The translations under genes were made by a program, and so were the position numbers. Below, in pieces: positions 17,601 to 26,226 of a stretch of 64,000 nucleotides of DNA (positions are counted from its first letter, which is position 1; each line of letters begins with the position of its first letter). The DNA lies in IMG/VR virus record IMGVR_UViG_2636415863_000002, positions 1 through 64,000 of that record; one strand, given 5' to 3'. Under the pieces are notes generated by a model, which ran no database searches, was not told where the DNA came from, and saw nothing but the letters and a program-made list of their open reading frames with translations. Source of the stretch: a virus. Its lineage: Duplodnaviria; Caudoviricetes.

Positions 17601-20039
17601 GGCGTTCGTCAGTTCGGTGGTGCCGACGTGGGCCTGCCGCATCACGTCCAGCAGCTGCGTCTTGCCGTCCGCCAGCTTCGCGTCCGCGAGGGTCTGCACA
17701 GCGGCAGCACGAACACTGCCGTCCGCCACTCCGGCGGACTGCTGCAGCGCCTGGGTAAGGCTGGAGATCCGCTGCTGGTGGGCCGCCGCAGCTGCCGCGG
17801 CTTCCTGCTGTTTCTGGGCGAGCAGGTCCAGGCCGACCATCGCTGCGCCGATCGCGACACCCCACGGCCCACCCAGGAACGACCACAGCCCGCGGACAGC
17901 ACCTACCAGGCCGCGCCCGGCACCGGTACCGATGGCCGCGAGCGCGCCGCCAGCAGCAGAGCGGAAGCCGACGAGACGGCCGCCGGCCTCCTGGATCCCG
18001 GCCGAGGCGCTACGGAAGCTGGTGCCCATCGCGGCGATTGTCGGGGAGCGCCGCTCTAGCTCAGCCATCACCCCGCCGAACCGGCCAAGGGTCACACCGG
18101 AGTTCGCGGCTTGCACCCGCTGGTACAAGGCAGCGTCGCCGATGCCACGGAATGCGTTGATGCCGGCCCGGCCGAAGTTGGCAACGGACTGCTGCATGCT
18201 CTGGATCTGGCCCCGGAACGGGCGCAGGGCGAGCATGGACAGCACCGACAGCTGGATCGGGCCCGGCAGTGCAGCGAATGCGTGCGCGACGCCACCCACC
18301 AGCTCGCCGATTGGGCGCAGGACGCCGGACATGTCACCGATGAGCCCCACGCCGACCTGGAGGCGGCCCGTAAGTATGCCGAGGGCGCCGGCCCCAGACG
18401 AGACGGACGAGAACATGTCGTGCAGGCCGCCCAGCAGCGGTTGCGTGGCTGCACCAGCGTTGCCGAGAACCTGGCTGAGGGAATGGACGGAGGTGATGGC
18501 GAGCGGGATCGTCGCGGCGGCCGTCGATGTGATCGCGGTCTTCAGCGGGGTAGCGAATTCCTCCGCCGCCCGCTCGACACCGCTGGCCGCCGCACGCAGC
18601 TTCGCCTCAACGGTCGGCCCGTAGATGTCCCACAGGTCACCTGCGATACGGATACCGCTCTTGATGTACGGGATAGCGTCGGAGACACCCTGCGTCATCG
18701 ACCGCGTGACCTTTTCCAGGCCCGGCGCAACACCGAGGTAGACCTGAAGGAAGGCACTTTGGAGCTGCTTGCCGAGGCCGCGCATGGCGCCGCCCAAGCC
18801 CTTGCTCTCAGCAGCGGCCAGAGCAGCGGCGCCGCCGACACGGCCGACCTGCTGGCTGAACTGCTGGAATGCCGGGCCACCCTGATGCGCCAGCGCGATC
18901 ATCCCGGTCATGGCGGGCTTGCCGAAGGCCATCGCCGTCGCCGCCATGAACTGCTGCGTCGACATGTGCTCGGATGCCGCGCCGAGCTGGGTGATGACGT
19001 ACTGCAGGCCCTTGAAGCGCCCGTTGGAGTCGTATGCCTGGATACCGAGGGTCTTCAGACCCTCGGTGGCCTGCTTGGTCGGCTTGGACATGTTGACCAG
19101 CGCGGACCGCAGCGCGGTACCCGCGGTCTCACCGATGACGCCGGACTTGCCGAGCAGGCCAACCGCTGTGGCCGTGTCCTGGAGCGAGATGCCAGCGCTG
19201 TGGGCGATCGGTCCCACGTATTTCATGGCGTAGTAGATGTCCATGAGCTCGCCGGACGCCGCGTTCGAGGTGTTGGCGAGCGTGTCCGCGACCTTCGTCG
19301 CCTCGGTGCTCTTCAGGGCGAACTGGTCCATGATGTCGCCCTCGATGCGGGCGGCCGTGGACACGTCCGTGCGGGCGGCGGCGGACAGCTGAATCGTGCC
19401 GCGGGCAGCCTTGATGGCATCCCCGGCGGACAGGCCAGCCTTCGCGAGCTCCACCATGGCGTCCGCAGCCTCCGCCGCGTTCGCCGACGGCAGCTTCATG
19501 TCCGCACCCAGCGACTGCGCCTCCCGGCCGGCCGCCGACATCTGCGCCCCCGAGGCCCGCGTGACCTCGAGGAACTTGTTCATGCTGTCCGTGTATTCGT
19601 TGCCCATGTGCACGATGTCGTGCAGGCCGAACAGGATCGCCCCGCCCGCCAAGAGCGCACCCAAGTGCTGGACGGGGCCGAGGACCGATTCGATACCTGA
19701 CCGCACCGATCCCATGCCAGCGCGGGCAGCGGAACCGAGCCGCCCGAACGCGGGCGTGGCCAGAGCCGTCTCCTCCCGGATGGCCCGCGCTCCCCGGCTT
19801 GCGGCCAGCGCGGCAGCCTCGCCCTCTCGGACACCCGCCGCGCCGCCGCGGGCGCCCGTCCCCATGGACATCATTCCGGCGCGGGCTGCCGCAGCGTCGG
19901 CGCCGAGCGTCCGAACGCCCCGGCCAGCCAGGGCCGCGGCCTCGCCGAGCGCCGTCGTCGAGGCGACGCCAGCTCGCATAGCCGCGGCGTACCCGGGTAG
20001 TTCGGCGAGGACCCGGACACGGACGGTGCGGTCAGTCAC
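14655..20039 (-). CDS. Tail tape measure protein
   Basis: 1794 aa Ala/Gly-rich; TMP core motif GETAGTALRS; LGGPWG; C-terminal EAYIPL and EAFIPL motifs. Confidence 0.95.
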   Translation of the reverse strand: MTDRTVRVRVLAELPGYAAAMRAGVASTTALGEAAALAGRGVRTLGADAAAARAGMMSMGTGARGGAAGVREGEAAALAASRGARAIREETALATPAFGRLGSAARAGMGSVRSGIESVLGPVQHLGALLAGGAILFGLHDIVHMGNEYTDSMNKFLEVTRASGAQMSAAGREAQSLGADMKLPSANAAEAADAMVELAKAGLSAGDAIKAARGTIQLSAAARTDVSTAARIEGDIMDQFALKSTEATKVADTLANTSNAASGELMDIYYAMKYVGPIAHSAGISLQDTATAVGLLGKSGVIGETAGTALRSALVNMSKPTKQATEGLKTLGIQAYDSNGRFKGLQYVITQLGAASEHMSTQQFMAATAMAFGKPAMTGMIALAHQGGPAFQQFSQQVGRVGGAAALAAAESKGLGGAMRGLGKQLQSAFLQVYLGVAPGLEKVTRSMTQGVSDAIPYIKSGIRIAGDLWDIYGPTVEAKLRAAASGVERAAEEFATPLKTAITSTAAATIPLAITSVHSLSQVLGNAGAATQPLLGGLHDMFSSVSSGAGALGILTGRLQVGVGLIGDMSGVLRPIGELVGGVAHAFAALPGPIQLSVLSMLALRPFRGQIQSMQQSVANFGRAGINAFRGIGDAALYQRVQAANSGVTLGRFGGVMAELERRSPTIAAMGTSFRSASAGIQEAGGRLVGFRSAAGGALAAIGTGAGRGLVGAVRGLWSFLGGPWGVAIGAAMVGLDLLAQKQQEAAAAAAAHQQRISSLTQALQQSAGVADGSVRAAAVQTLADAKLADGKTQLLDVMRQAHVGTTELTNAYLGQGTSIDTLRKRLSAAAEENAQWIASGRTSQKVYTPQGEAYKNAADALGSLSGEFDTAKKKQKDLADAVKGSGAAALDATDPTGRLQSAIKTLGDSASDADTKARALHTALDLLSGGELDVQAAMANMNQALLDLNSSYKDGVDKSKGYKSALLQVDGSLNTTSENGQSLWNKLQALNEQTASAAQATYDFARANGTAVVPALQESEARMQSAWAAAVKAGQAFGLSADQAKVLANQMGFIPSSLAITMSTPGLSDTEKQLLYVQGLAGHMPTGSTIKVSALTAEAVKDIESVGFKVKTLPGGRQMEITAPTGKAAAALDALIAKRLPSKTVKVDAETASAIRELNQVQQKVRDTHGKSFTMTALTGTAIAALEALGFKVTHMQDGTVRITVPTGGPRAAVAAIQRAINSVSGSSATITVTRRQIFETVIRGGGSSQAAKNAAETSGYATGGTVDYYANGGVQRGGVRRFAAGAEQHIAQFAPAGTWRVWAEPETEGEAYIPLAPSKRGRSRKVAEETVKRLGGKGIAWNADGSVTTYASGGIPGFTYTPSGQPVLGGPSDAKTRYDQAIQNLKDAWNSLNSALTDAKKKADALTNAERNLSRVRHGHHTAAQLRAAQSAVDKAESAKRQADANARAKRAVVNKDDAALGLRRGAKVPVGFDLKGYEAQLAKSVAATTWWRHNLVTIGKRGGAELKSTLEGMGQDGYALVNALAKASNRQFKDIADKLQKTGELAKATLGDFTKQLGTSTQQSQQFAADLQKLAAQGFGNLAQALAAQGDANAMAVAHQAATGSSKGAAAANKAVTTAQSTLTGDDLANSLILLSTLRGGKGRGYADLIAAGLGVDVIKALVPKMTKQISGLPTANKDVFVRQWVSQGGQAMAIGGILTQPTPVLAGEAGVPEAFIPLNASIRSRALLAASAAALGFHLVPASRYASSGYRDHWSGGSGDRITNITLNGAKQSSAEQAADIARHMNFVG

Positions 20040-20078
20040 GGCATCCCCCCGATCTTCAGTTGTTGCGCGGCGAGTAGG

Positions 20079-20681
20079 TCAGCCGGTGGCCATCCCGAAG
20101 GAGCGGAGAATGTCGGCGGCGGCCTGCGAGGGCGGCCCGAGCTCGCCAGTCTGGAACTGGATCTGGATCGCGGCGCCCCACAACTGCCCGAGCTGGCCGT
20201 CCGACAGGGCATCCCAAAACTCCACGAACTCTTCCGAGTCCGCGGGCTTGGGCTCGATCAGCTGAGCCTCGACCAGGGCCGGGGCGAAACTGTCCGGATC
20301 AAAGGCCGGTTCCTCTTCGCCACCGCGCTTCGCCGCGGCCTCAATCTGCTCCTTCGTCGGCGGATGGTCAGCACGGAGCTGCTGGTAGGCGCGGTGCGTG
20401 ATGGCCTCGAGGGTGAACTGCACTCGCGACGCTTCGGCTTGCGCCTCCAGCTCCTGCAGACGCTTAGCGACGTCTCGGGCGGTCTCCGTACCGTTCGCCT
20501 CGTCGTGACGCTGCGCCCTATCGAGGAGCTCCTCAAGGGCGCCTATCTCTGCAGCAGCCTCGGCGTCCATGACGAGTTCGACGACCCTCCTGGGGCGCTG
20601 GATCTTGGCGCGGACGTCGGCGAACGTCAGTGCTGGCGGCTTGGCTGCCCGGCGTGCGGGTGGCTTCCTGCTCGTGGTCAT
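20079..20681 (-). CDS. Tail assembly chaperone paralogue
   Basis: Shares F...HRAY..L.A.HP and (F/Y)D...F.PA blocks with 21450-21926. Confidence 0.7.
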   Translation of the reverse strand: MTTSRKPPARRAAKPPALTFADVRAKIQRPRRVVELVMDAEAAAEIGALEELLDRAQRHDEANGTETARDVAKRLQELEAQAEASRVQFTLEAITHRAYQQLRADHPPTKEQIEAAAKRGGEEEPAFDPDSFAPALVEAQLIEPKPADSEEFVEFWDALSDGQLGQLWGAAIQIQFQTGELGPPSQAAADILRSFGMATG

Positions 20682-20711
20682 TGGGGTCCCTGTCCTTGAT
20701 GATCTGTGGTG

Positions 20712-21095
20712 CTAGGTGATGGCCTGGTTGACGGCGATCTCGATGCCGGTGACCAGGTCTTCAGCGTTCGCGTCGAGCGCGGGGCCGAGGTGCGGGATGG
20801 GGGCGGTAACGCTCGTCCCGAACTCGATGATCGCTCCATAGGGTGCCTGTCCCCTCAGGGATTTGTCCGGCCCGATCTCACCCTCGATGCCTTCGGCGGT
20901 GACCTTGGTGTCATAGGTGATGGTGCGCGGATAGTGAACCCAGCGAGGGTGGCCAGACACGCGCGATTGTGCGTCTCGCTTGATCTTCAAACTGGTGATC
21001 TGCACGGCCTTGCGGACGTTGACCAGCAAACGCCCCGGGAACATCTCCAGGTCGTCGACCACGCCCTGCAGGCCGGTCACGGTGATGCCGTCCAT
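20712..21095 (-). CDS. HK97 gp10-like tail completion protein
   Basis: YGAIIEFGT...PHLGPAL motif. Confidence 0.8.
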   Translation of the reverse strand: MDGITVTGLQGVVDDLEMFPGRLLVNVRKAVQITSLKIKRDAQSRVSGHPRWVHYPRTITYDTKVTAEGIEGEIGPDKSLRGQAPYGAIIEFGTSVTAPIPHLGPALDANAEDLVTGIEIAVNQAIT

Positions 21096-21096
21096 C

Positions 21097-21462
21097 TCAG
21101 CCCTCTCTCCGGAAGACCGAGATCTTCAATCCCTCGGTCTTCCCTCCGTCCTCCTGGTACGTCGCCACCCGGCGGGCAGCGGCGAGACAGGCATGGCATT
21201 TCGTGATCGACGCGTCGTAGACGAACTCGTTCTCGGCCTGCGTCGTCTCGGCGAGCAGGTGCCCGCAGTCCCCGCACAGCCCAGACTCGGCCTCCATCAG
21301 CGCCATCGCCCACCAGCGGTCCTCCGGCAGCCACAACGGCTCCCCCGGGCCCGGCTGGGGACGGCCGAGAAGGATGCTGCGGGGAATGCCCCACGCGCGC
21401 GCCGCCTCCACCTCCCGCCGGTAGGGCAGACGATTGTCGCGGAGGCGGGCTACGAGAAAGGG
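21097..21462 (-). CDS. Tail assembly chaperone -1 frameshift extension (gpT-like part)
   Basis: No proper start; -1 frame from slippery CCCTTTC; CGDCGH and CHAC motifs. Confidence 0.7.
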   Translation of the reverse strand, partial: PFLVARLRDNRLPYRREVEAARAWGIPRSILLGRPQPGPGEPLWLPEDRWWAMALMEAESGLCGDCGHLLAETTQAENEFVYDASITKCHACLAAARRVATYQEDGGKTEGLKISVFRREG

Positions 21463-21926
21463 AGGGGCGACGGCTCCTCGTTCACCGCGAGCGCCGCCGC
21501 GAACAGGGTCCGCGCCGTGCCGTCGTTGACGACGTCCAGCAGCCGGTCCACCTGCGCGGGCGTCAGCGACGGCTCGACGCAGCAGGCCGCCAATACCGCC
21601 GGGAGGAACGTGCCAGCGTCGTAGGGTTCCTTGGAGCCTTCCGGCGCTGGGTGGGCTGCCAGCAGGTTGCTGTAGGCGCGGTGCCCGAGCGCCCGGAACC
21701 GGAACTCGACCGCAGACTCCCGCACCCGCTGCCGAGCCACTTCGATGCGTTCCTGGAGTTCGAACACCGGATTGGCCTCGCCAAGCGATGTGGGCTGCCA
21801 CTCCCCCAGCTGCCCCACCTCGGATTCCAGCGCCTCCAACTCAGCGCCGGCGTCGCCCGAGAGACACACCCGGATGGTGGCCTCCCGGGGCGACGCCTGC
21901 TCCAGCAGCTCGGAGATATCAGGCAT
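21450..21926 (-). CDS. Tail assembly chaperone (gpG-like)
   Basis: Follows major tail gene; ends CTC CCT TTC TCG TAG. Confidence 0.8.
   Translation of the reverse strand: MPDISELLEQASPREATIRVCLSGDAGAELEALESEVGQLGEWQPTSLGEANPVFELQERIEVARQRVRESAVEFRFRALGHRAYSNLLAAHPAPEGSKEPYDAGTFLPAVLAACCVEPSLTPAQVDRLLDVVNDGTARTLFAAALAVNEEPSPLPFS
21456..21462 (-). other. -1 ribosomal frameshift slippery heptamer C CCT TTC
   Basis: X XXY YYZ pattern one codon before the stop, opening the downstream frame. Confidence 0.75.
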
Positions 21927-22405
21927 CAGGCGACGGTCGCCCGCGTCGCCGGGTCGGAGGTCACCTTCAGCGGGCTCATGGCCTTGCTGACCTCGTTCGC
22001 CGCGGGCGCGATGTTCTGGACCTCGCCCGCCGTCACCGGATACACCTCCACCTTGTCGCCCGTGGCGAAACTGGTGGAAAACAGCTGACCACGGCGCACC
22101 ACCAGATAGCCGCTGGTGTTGTACACCAGCGTCGTGTACGGGGAGTCTTCCGTGGGCGTGCTGCCACGCTTGTAGGTGATCTCGCAGGAGTAGGAGCGCC
22201 TGCCAGGCTGGTTGGTGTCGAACGTGCTGGCCAGCGAACTTGTGTTGACGTCAGCGGTCGTCGGGTCGCACTTCAGGCCGTCCGGCGTGAGCCGAGTCGT
22301 CCAGTCCAGGCCCGCGTTCAACTCGACAGCGGTCGGCGCGGCGATGCTGGCGATGGACGACACCCACACCACCTTGGTGTTGCCGTCGGAGATCAGGTCA
22401 CTCAT
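21926..22405 (-). CDS. Major tail (tube) protein
   Basis: IAAPTAVELNAG, GYLVVRRG, GDKVEVYPV motifs. Confidence 0.85.
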   Translation of the reverse strand: MSDLISDGNTKVVWVSSIASIAAPTAVELNAGLDWTTRLTPDGLKCDPTTADVNTSSLASTFDTNQPGRRSYSCEITYKRGSTPTEDSPYTTLVYNTSGYLVVRRGQLFSTSFATGDKVEVYPVTAGEVQNIAPAANEVSKAMSPLKVTSDPATRATVA

Positions 22406-22466
22406 TGCACCCTCCTTGGGGCATCAAAAGCCCCGTCAGCGGGGCGGTTGTGGCTGGAGGCTGGGG

Positions 22467-22796
22467 TCAGATACGGAAGGCGCCGACGGTCACGCTGGTG
22501 ACGCCGGAGTAGCCGATCGATGCCTGGTTGTTCGTGTCGCCGTGGAGACTGGCGTCCAGCGGGATCTTTGCCGAGCCGGACGCCGCGACGGTCACGGTCC
22601 TGTTCGGCAGCGTCAGACCCTTGTACGAATTGTTCTGCACGGTCACGGTGACAGTGACGGAGGATCCGCCGCCGTTGGCGACCTCGATCCACGTGTTCGC
22701 AGACCCCAACGGAACCTTGTCGCCGCCGGCCGCCGCCGAAGCCATCGTCGGGGTCAGGCCAGCCGCAACGACCGCCTGAACGGGGAGAAGTGCCAT
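22467..22796 (-). CDS. Small beta-rich virion protein
   Basis: NGGGSSVTVTVT pattern; between tail terminator and tail tube genes; GAGGAG RBS. Confidence 0.7.
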   Translation of the reverse strand: MALLPVQAVVAAGLTPTMASAAAGGDKVPLGSANTWIEVANGGGSSVTVTVTVQNNSYKGLTLPNRTVTVAASGSAKIPLDASLHGDTNNQASIGYSGVTSVTVGAFRI

Positions 22797-22809
22797 GAGA
22801 GTGAGCTCC

Positions 22810-23220
22810 TCACTGAGGGATTGAACGCAGCCGGTAGCGGCTGGCGGCATAGAAACAGGGCGGGACGACATCGTCATCGCGCTGCACCGGCTGCCCGTCG
22901 AGGGGCTCTGGCCTCCAGGACGTGCGTCCGGCGACCGCCAGGACCACGGAGAGGGCGGCAACAGCCCGGTCAGAGACGGACATGGCCGCCTCTGCCGTCA
23001 GGCCCACACAGGTCAGCTGAATGACGGCCGAATAGTTGGTCCGGTTGTCGGCGAGCGACGCCACCTCGGCGCGACCCGGCTCCGGATACAGCACGACATA
23101 GGGCGTACTAGCGGTCGGTGAGACCCCAGAAGGCGCCCCGCCCAGATAGACGACCAGTCCGGCACCAGTGAGGGCCGACACGACGGCATCGACGTGAGGC
23201 AGGACAGCAGGCGTCGTCAC
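22810..23220 (-). CDS. Tail terminator-like protein
   Basis: PYVVLYP...QLTCVG pattern; synteny. Confidence 0.7.
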   Translation of the reverse strand: MTTPAVLPHVDAVVSALTGAGLVVYLGGAPSGVSPTASTPYVVLYPEPGRAEVASLADNRTNYSAVIQLTCVGLTAEAAMSVSDRAVAALSVVLAVAGRTSWRPEPLDGQPVQRDDDVVPPCFYAASRYRLRSIPQ

Positions 23221-23233
23221 GGGCGGCCTCCCG

Positions 23234-23641
23234 TCAGGTAGTTCCCTCGACGGAGATCCGCCAGGCCGTGGCCGTGGAACCGAAGTCGACGGCCATCACC
23301 GAAAAGGGCTGGCCGACGAGCCTAGTGTCGCCCGACGCCGTGATGGTGACGGTGTCGCCGACGTGCAGGTCATCTGCAGCAAGGGAAGCAAACGGCAGCG
23401 CCAGTTCGTACCGGGCGACCACCGTCAGCCGCTCCCCCGCCTCCTCGTTGCGAGGAACCCGCTGCGGCTTCAGACGGCACGGCCCCGAATACAACACCGT
23501 CGGGGTCCCCGGGGTGAGGACGCTCGTCGACCGATTCAACGTCGGCGTACCGGGCCGGCTGATCGTGCACGCATCCACCATGAGCTGCTGGTGCGCGATC
23601 CGACCTGCGGCAAGCAGCGGTTGGATGTCGATGGCTGCCAT
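23234..23641 (-). CDS. Head closure protein (DUF6093-like)
   Basis: MVDACTISR...LYSGPCRL pattern. Confidence 0.75.
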   Translation of the reverse strand: MAAIDIQPLLAAGRIAHQQLMVDACTISRPGTPTLNRSTSVLTPGTPTVLYSGPCRLKPQRVPRNEEAGERLTVVARYELALPFASLAADDLHVGDTVTITASGDTRLVGQPFSVMAVDFGSTATAWRISVEGTT

Positions 23642-23642
23642 G

Positions 23643-24272
23643 TCACGTCACCGGATCCACAGAGAACCCGCCCACCCGGTACGGGCGCAGCGCCAGCTTG
23701 TGCTCCGGCGTCAACTGGGCGCCGCCGATCGTCTCTGCCGCGAACGTCCGGGAGTAGTCGTCAATCGACTCCGAGCGCAAGCCCTGCGGGTTCGTCATCG
23801 ACATTTGCGCCAGGTCCAGGACCACGTCCACGACGTCGTCCGGGACCTCGGCATAGCCGTGGCTGTAGGTGACCCGGACCCGCTGCGACCAAATGCCTTG
23901 CGGGCGCAGCCATGGAAAGCCCATCAGCCGTGTGGGCGTCCACCATGCCTCGCCGCGGGTCAGCTCGGTGCCGATCCGCGTGTAGTCGCGGCCCTCGAGG
24001 GCCGTGTATTCGACGTTGGTGATCCCGAACAGCTCGACGACGGTGAGCAGATGGGTGTCATCAAGAACGAGGGGACGCTGCGGAAGCCGAAGCACCCGCC
24101 CGTTACCCGGCAGGGTGATCGTCTCGTTCTCCACCAGGGTGAACTGCTGCCGGCAGTGCTTGCGAACCCGAGCCGAGGCACGGCGGATCGCCATCGCGGC
24201 CTGCGCCGGATCCAGCGACCGCTGCAACGCCGCCTCGAGGTCCGCCTGCGTTGCCAGAGGGGTCGGGGACAC
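23643..24272 (-). CDS. Head-tail adaptor
   Basis: LATQADL, VTYSHGYAEVPDDV, NPQGLRSESIDDYS motifs. Confidence 0.8.
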   Translation of the reverse strand: MSPTPLATQADLEAALQRSLDPAQAAMAIRRASARVRKHCRQQFTLVENETITLPGNGRVLRLPQRPLVLDDTHLLTVVELFGITNVEYTALEGRDYTRIGTELTRGEAWWTPTRLMGFPWLRPQGIWSQRVRVTYSHGYAEVPDDVVDVVLDLAQMSMTNPQGLRSESIDDYSRTFAAETIGGAQLTPEHKLALRPYRVGGFSVDPVT

Positions 24273-24284
24273 AGGGCGCCCCCT

Positions 24285-24650
24285 TTACTCCTCGCCGTCG
24301 GCCAGGCCAGCCAGCCGCTTCACAACGGTCGAGCGCGGCTTGTCCTTCGCCTGCTCCGCCTCGAGAGCCTGTGCGGCACGCCCCGGATCGCCGTCCACCC
24401 ACGTCATGAGGGTGTCGATGGTGCCGTCCACCGGCGGCCCGTCACCCTCCGACTGGACAGGATCCGCCGCCTTCGCGGGGGCGGGCTCGGGCTTCGGCTC
24501 GGGGTCCCTCTCCAGAACCTCGATGCAGCCGACGGGGGCGTTGTCCGCGAAGTGACGGGCCATCTCGCCCTCCAGCTCCGCATCCACGTTGAACGTGGTG
24601 ACGGCGTAGTTCCAGTACGCCTCAAACGGTTTGACCACACGCACACGCAT
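24285..24650 (-). CDS. Virion-associated hypothetical protein
   Basis: Follows capsid gene; WVDGD...ALEAE...PRSTVV C-terminal motif. Confidence 0.7.
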   Translation of the reverse strand: MRVRVVKPFEAYWNYAVTTFNVDAELEGEMARHFADNAPVGCIEVLERDPEPKPEPAPAKAADPVQSEGDGPPVDGTIDTLMTWVDGDPGRAAQALEAEQAKDKPRSTVVKRLAGLADGEE

Positions 24651-24672
24651 GCGTCTTCCCCTTCATAAGAGC

Positions 24673-24712
24673 CCCGCCGGCACAGGCAGACAGGGGTGCC
24701 TGTGCCGGCGGG
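24673..24712. terminator. Hairpin after major capsid gene
   Basis: CCCGCCGGCACAGGCA / TGCCTGTGCCGGCGGG 16-bp inverted repeat. Confidence 0.65.
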
Positions 24713-24718
24713 AGACGG

Positions 24719-26041
24719 TCAGGCGTGCTCGATGACCACGCCGCGCTTGTACAGCGCCGCGTCGCCGCTGCCCGCGTCGGTCGGAACGCCGTAGTCGCCC
24801 ACCCACGACCAGGTCGACGACAGGACCTGCTGCAGGCGGTCCTGCGGCGGACGCACCAGCAGCGTCATGTCGACACCCGGTGCCACGTTGACCTGTCGCA
24901 CCTCCGGCACGTCCTCCACCCCGGTGCCGGACAGCAGCGTGCCGGTGTTGTCGAACGGGGCCGCCATCAGCGCGGACGCGCCCAGGACGATCGGCCGGTG
25001 CACCGTCAGCGTGCCCGCCGAGCCACCCAGGATGGTCGGGGTCTCGATGTTCCTGACCCAGTCGATGCCGCCGAAACGGCCAATACTCAGGTCGCGGTAG
25101 ATGGGGCTGTCAACGCGGCCCTGCAGCGCCTGCTTGAAGTCGCTGTCGGAGAACAGTTCGGCCTCAGTGTCCGGGTCGATGTGCGCGACGTAGTAGCCGC
25201 CGAGGGTCGGCACGTTCATCTTCCTGAGCCTCGCGACTGCGCTGCGGAAGTTCTGGAAGGTGACCGTGTTGCTGCTGGCCAGGTCGTAGGCGGTGTTCGT
25301 GCCGGTAGCGCGGATCGTGGTCGGCGCGTTGCTCGAGATCACCGCATCACCGACGACGTCCACCCGCGCGGAACCCAGCGTGAGCGTGTTCGTGGACGTG
25401 TTGACGCCGACGACCGTGTTCGCGACACCAGCGATCGTCACGTTCAGCGGGTTCGCTCCGGACACCGGGGTCGGCACACCGTTGACGTTGACCGTCGAGA
25501 ACCCGTTCACGGACTGCACGATGATCGCCGTGTCCGAGGTGCCCGCAGTGGTGCACCACGTGCGGCCGCCCGCGTAGGACGCGTACAGCTTGTTCCGGGC
25601 GACCTGGTTGATGGTCTGCCCCGCGTTGATGCCGAGGGTCTCCACGTCGGCAAGGAACTTGGAGGCCAGCGCCATCGCGTTGGACAGCATGTTCGTGTCC
25701 ATGCTGTTGGCGTACTGGTCCATCACGACCGACCACTGCTCGATGCTGTAGGTCGACGCGGACGGGTCCGAGCCGGTCACCGGCGTCGTCGCCGGCGCCA
25801 GCAGACCCTTACGGGTGAAAGTCTTCGTGTCCCCGAGCCCGCCCTGCCACGGCTCGGAGTCCGCAATCGCAGGGAACAGAAAGTTCGGCACGAGCGCGTC
25901 ACGGAAGACACGGTCCAGGATGCCGTTCTGCAGCATCGCCTGAATCGCGGCCGGAACGGTCGCACGGACACCGGCGTGCCGGTCAAGACGGAACCACGAA
26001 CGGGTGGTGCCCGCCTTCGGGATGGTGGGGGTCATGCTCAC
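24719..26041 (-). CDS. Major capsid protein
   Basis: 440 aa after scaffold; YYVAHIDP, IGRFGGIDWV motifs; leader WFRLDRH. Confidence 0.85.
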   Translation of the reverse strand: MSMTPTIPKAGTTRSWFRLDRHAGVRATVPAAIQAMLQNGILDRVFRDALVPNFLFPAIADSEPWQGGLGDTKTFTRKGLLAPATTPVTGSDPSASTYSIEQWSVVMDQYANSMDTNMLSNAMALASKFLADVETLGINAGQTINQVARNKLYASYAGGRTWCTTAGTSDTAIIVQSVNGFSTVNVNGVPTPVSGANPLNVTIAGVANTVVGVNTSTNTLTLGSARVDVVGDAVISSNAPTTIRATGTNTAYDLASSNTVTFQNFRSAVARLRKMNVPTLGGYYVAHIDPDTEAELFSDSDFKQALQGRVDSPIYRDLSIGRFGGIDWVRNIETPTILGGSAGTLTVHRPIVLGASALMAAPFDNTGTLLSGTGVEDVPEVRQVNVAPGVDMTLLVRPPQDRLQQVLSSTWSWVGDYGVPTDAGSGDAALYKRGVVIEHA

Positions 26042-26226
26042 TCCTCAGTGATTTCTACGGACACCAGGTCCGGGTGCTGCTCGGCAATCGCCTGGACCCC
26101 GAGCAATGCGGTTTGAATGACGGCCGACACGGCGGCGCAGACGCGACCCCCAGCGACGTGCTCTTCGTGACCGGCCACCTCAATCGAGATGCGCCCCTCG
26201 CCCAGGTGGGCGCGGACTTCGATCAC
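26038..26226 (-). CDS. prp: Prp-like (ribosomal-processing cysteine protease) capsid maturation protease, 62 aa
   Basis: MIEV...V.GH...VCAAVSA His/Cys motif; 4-nt overlaps with both scaffold and capsid genes. Confidence 0.8.
   Translation of the reverse strand: MIEVRAHLGEGRISIEVAGHEEHVAGGRVCAAVSAVIQTALLGVQAIAEQHPDLVSVEITEE

Noticed and set aside
14766-20265. Long plus-strand ORFs (528, 424, 335, 529 aa) opposite the tape measure, and similar ones opposite capsid, terminase and traB
   Set aside because: Antisense shadow ORFs expected from high GC3 codon bias; no motifs or RBS
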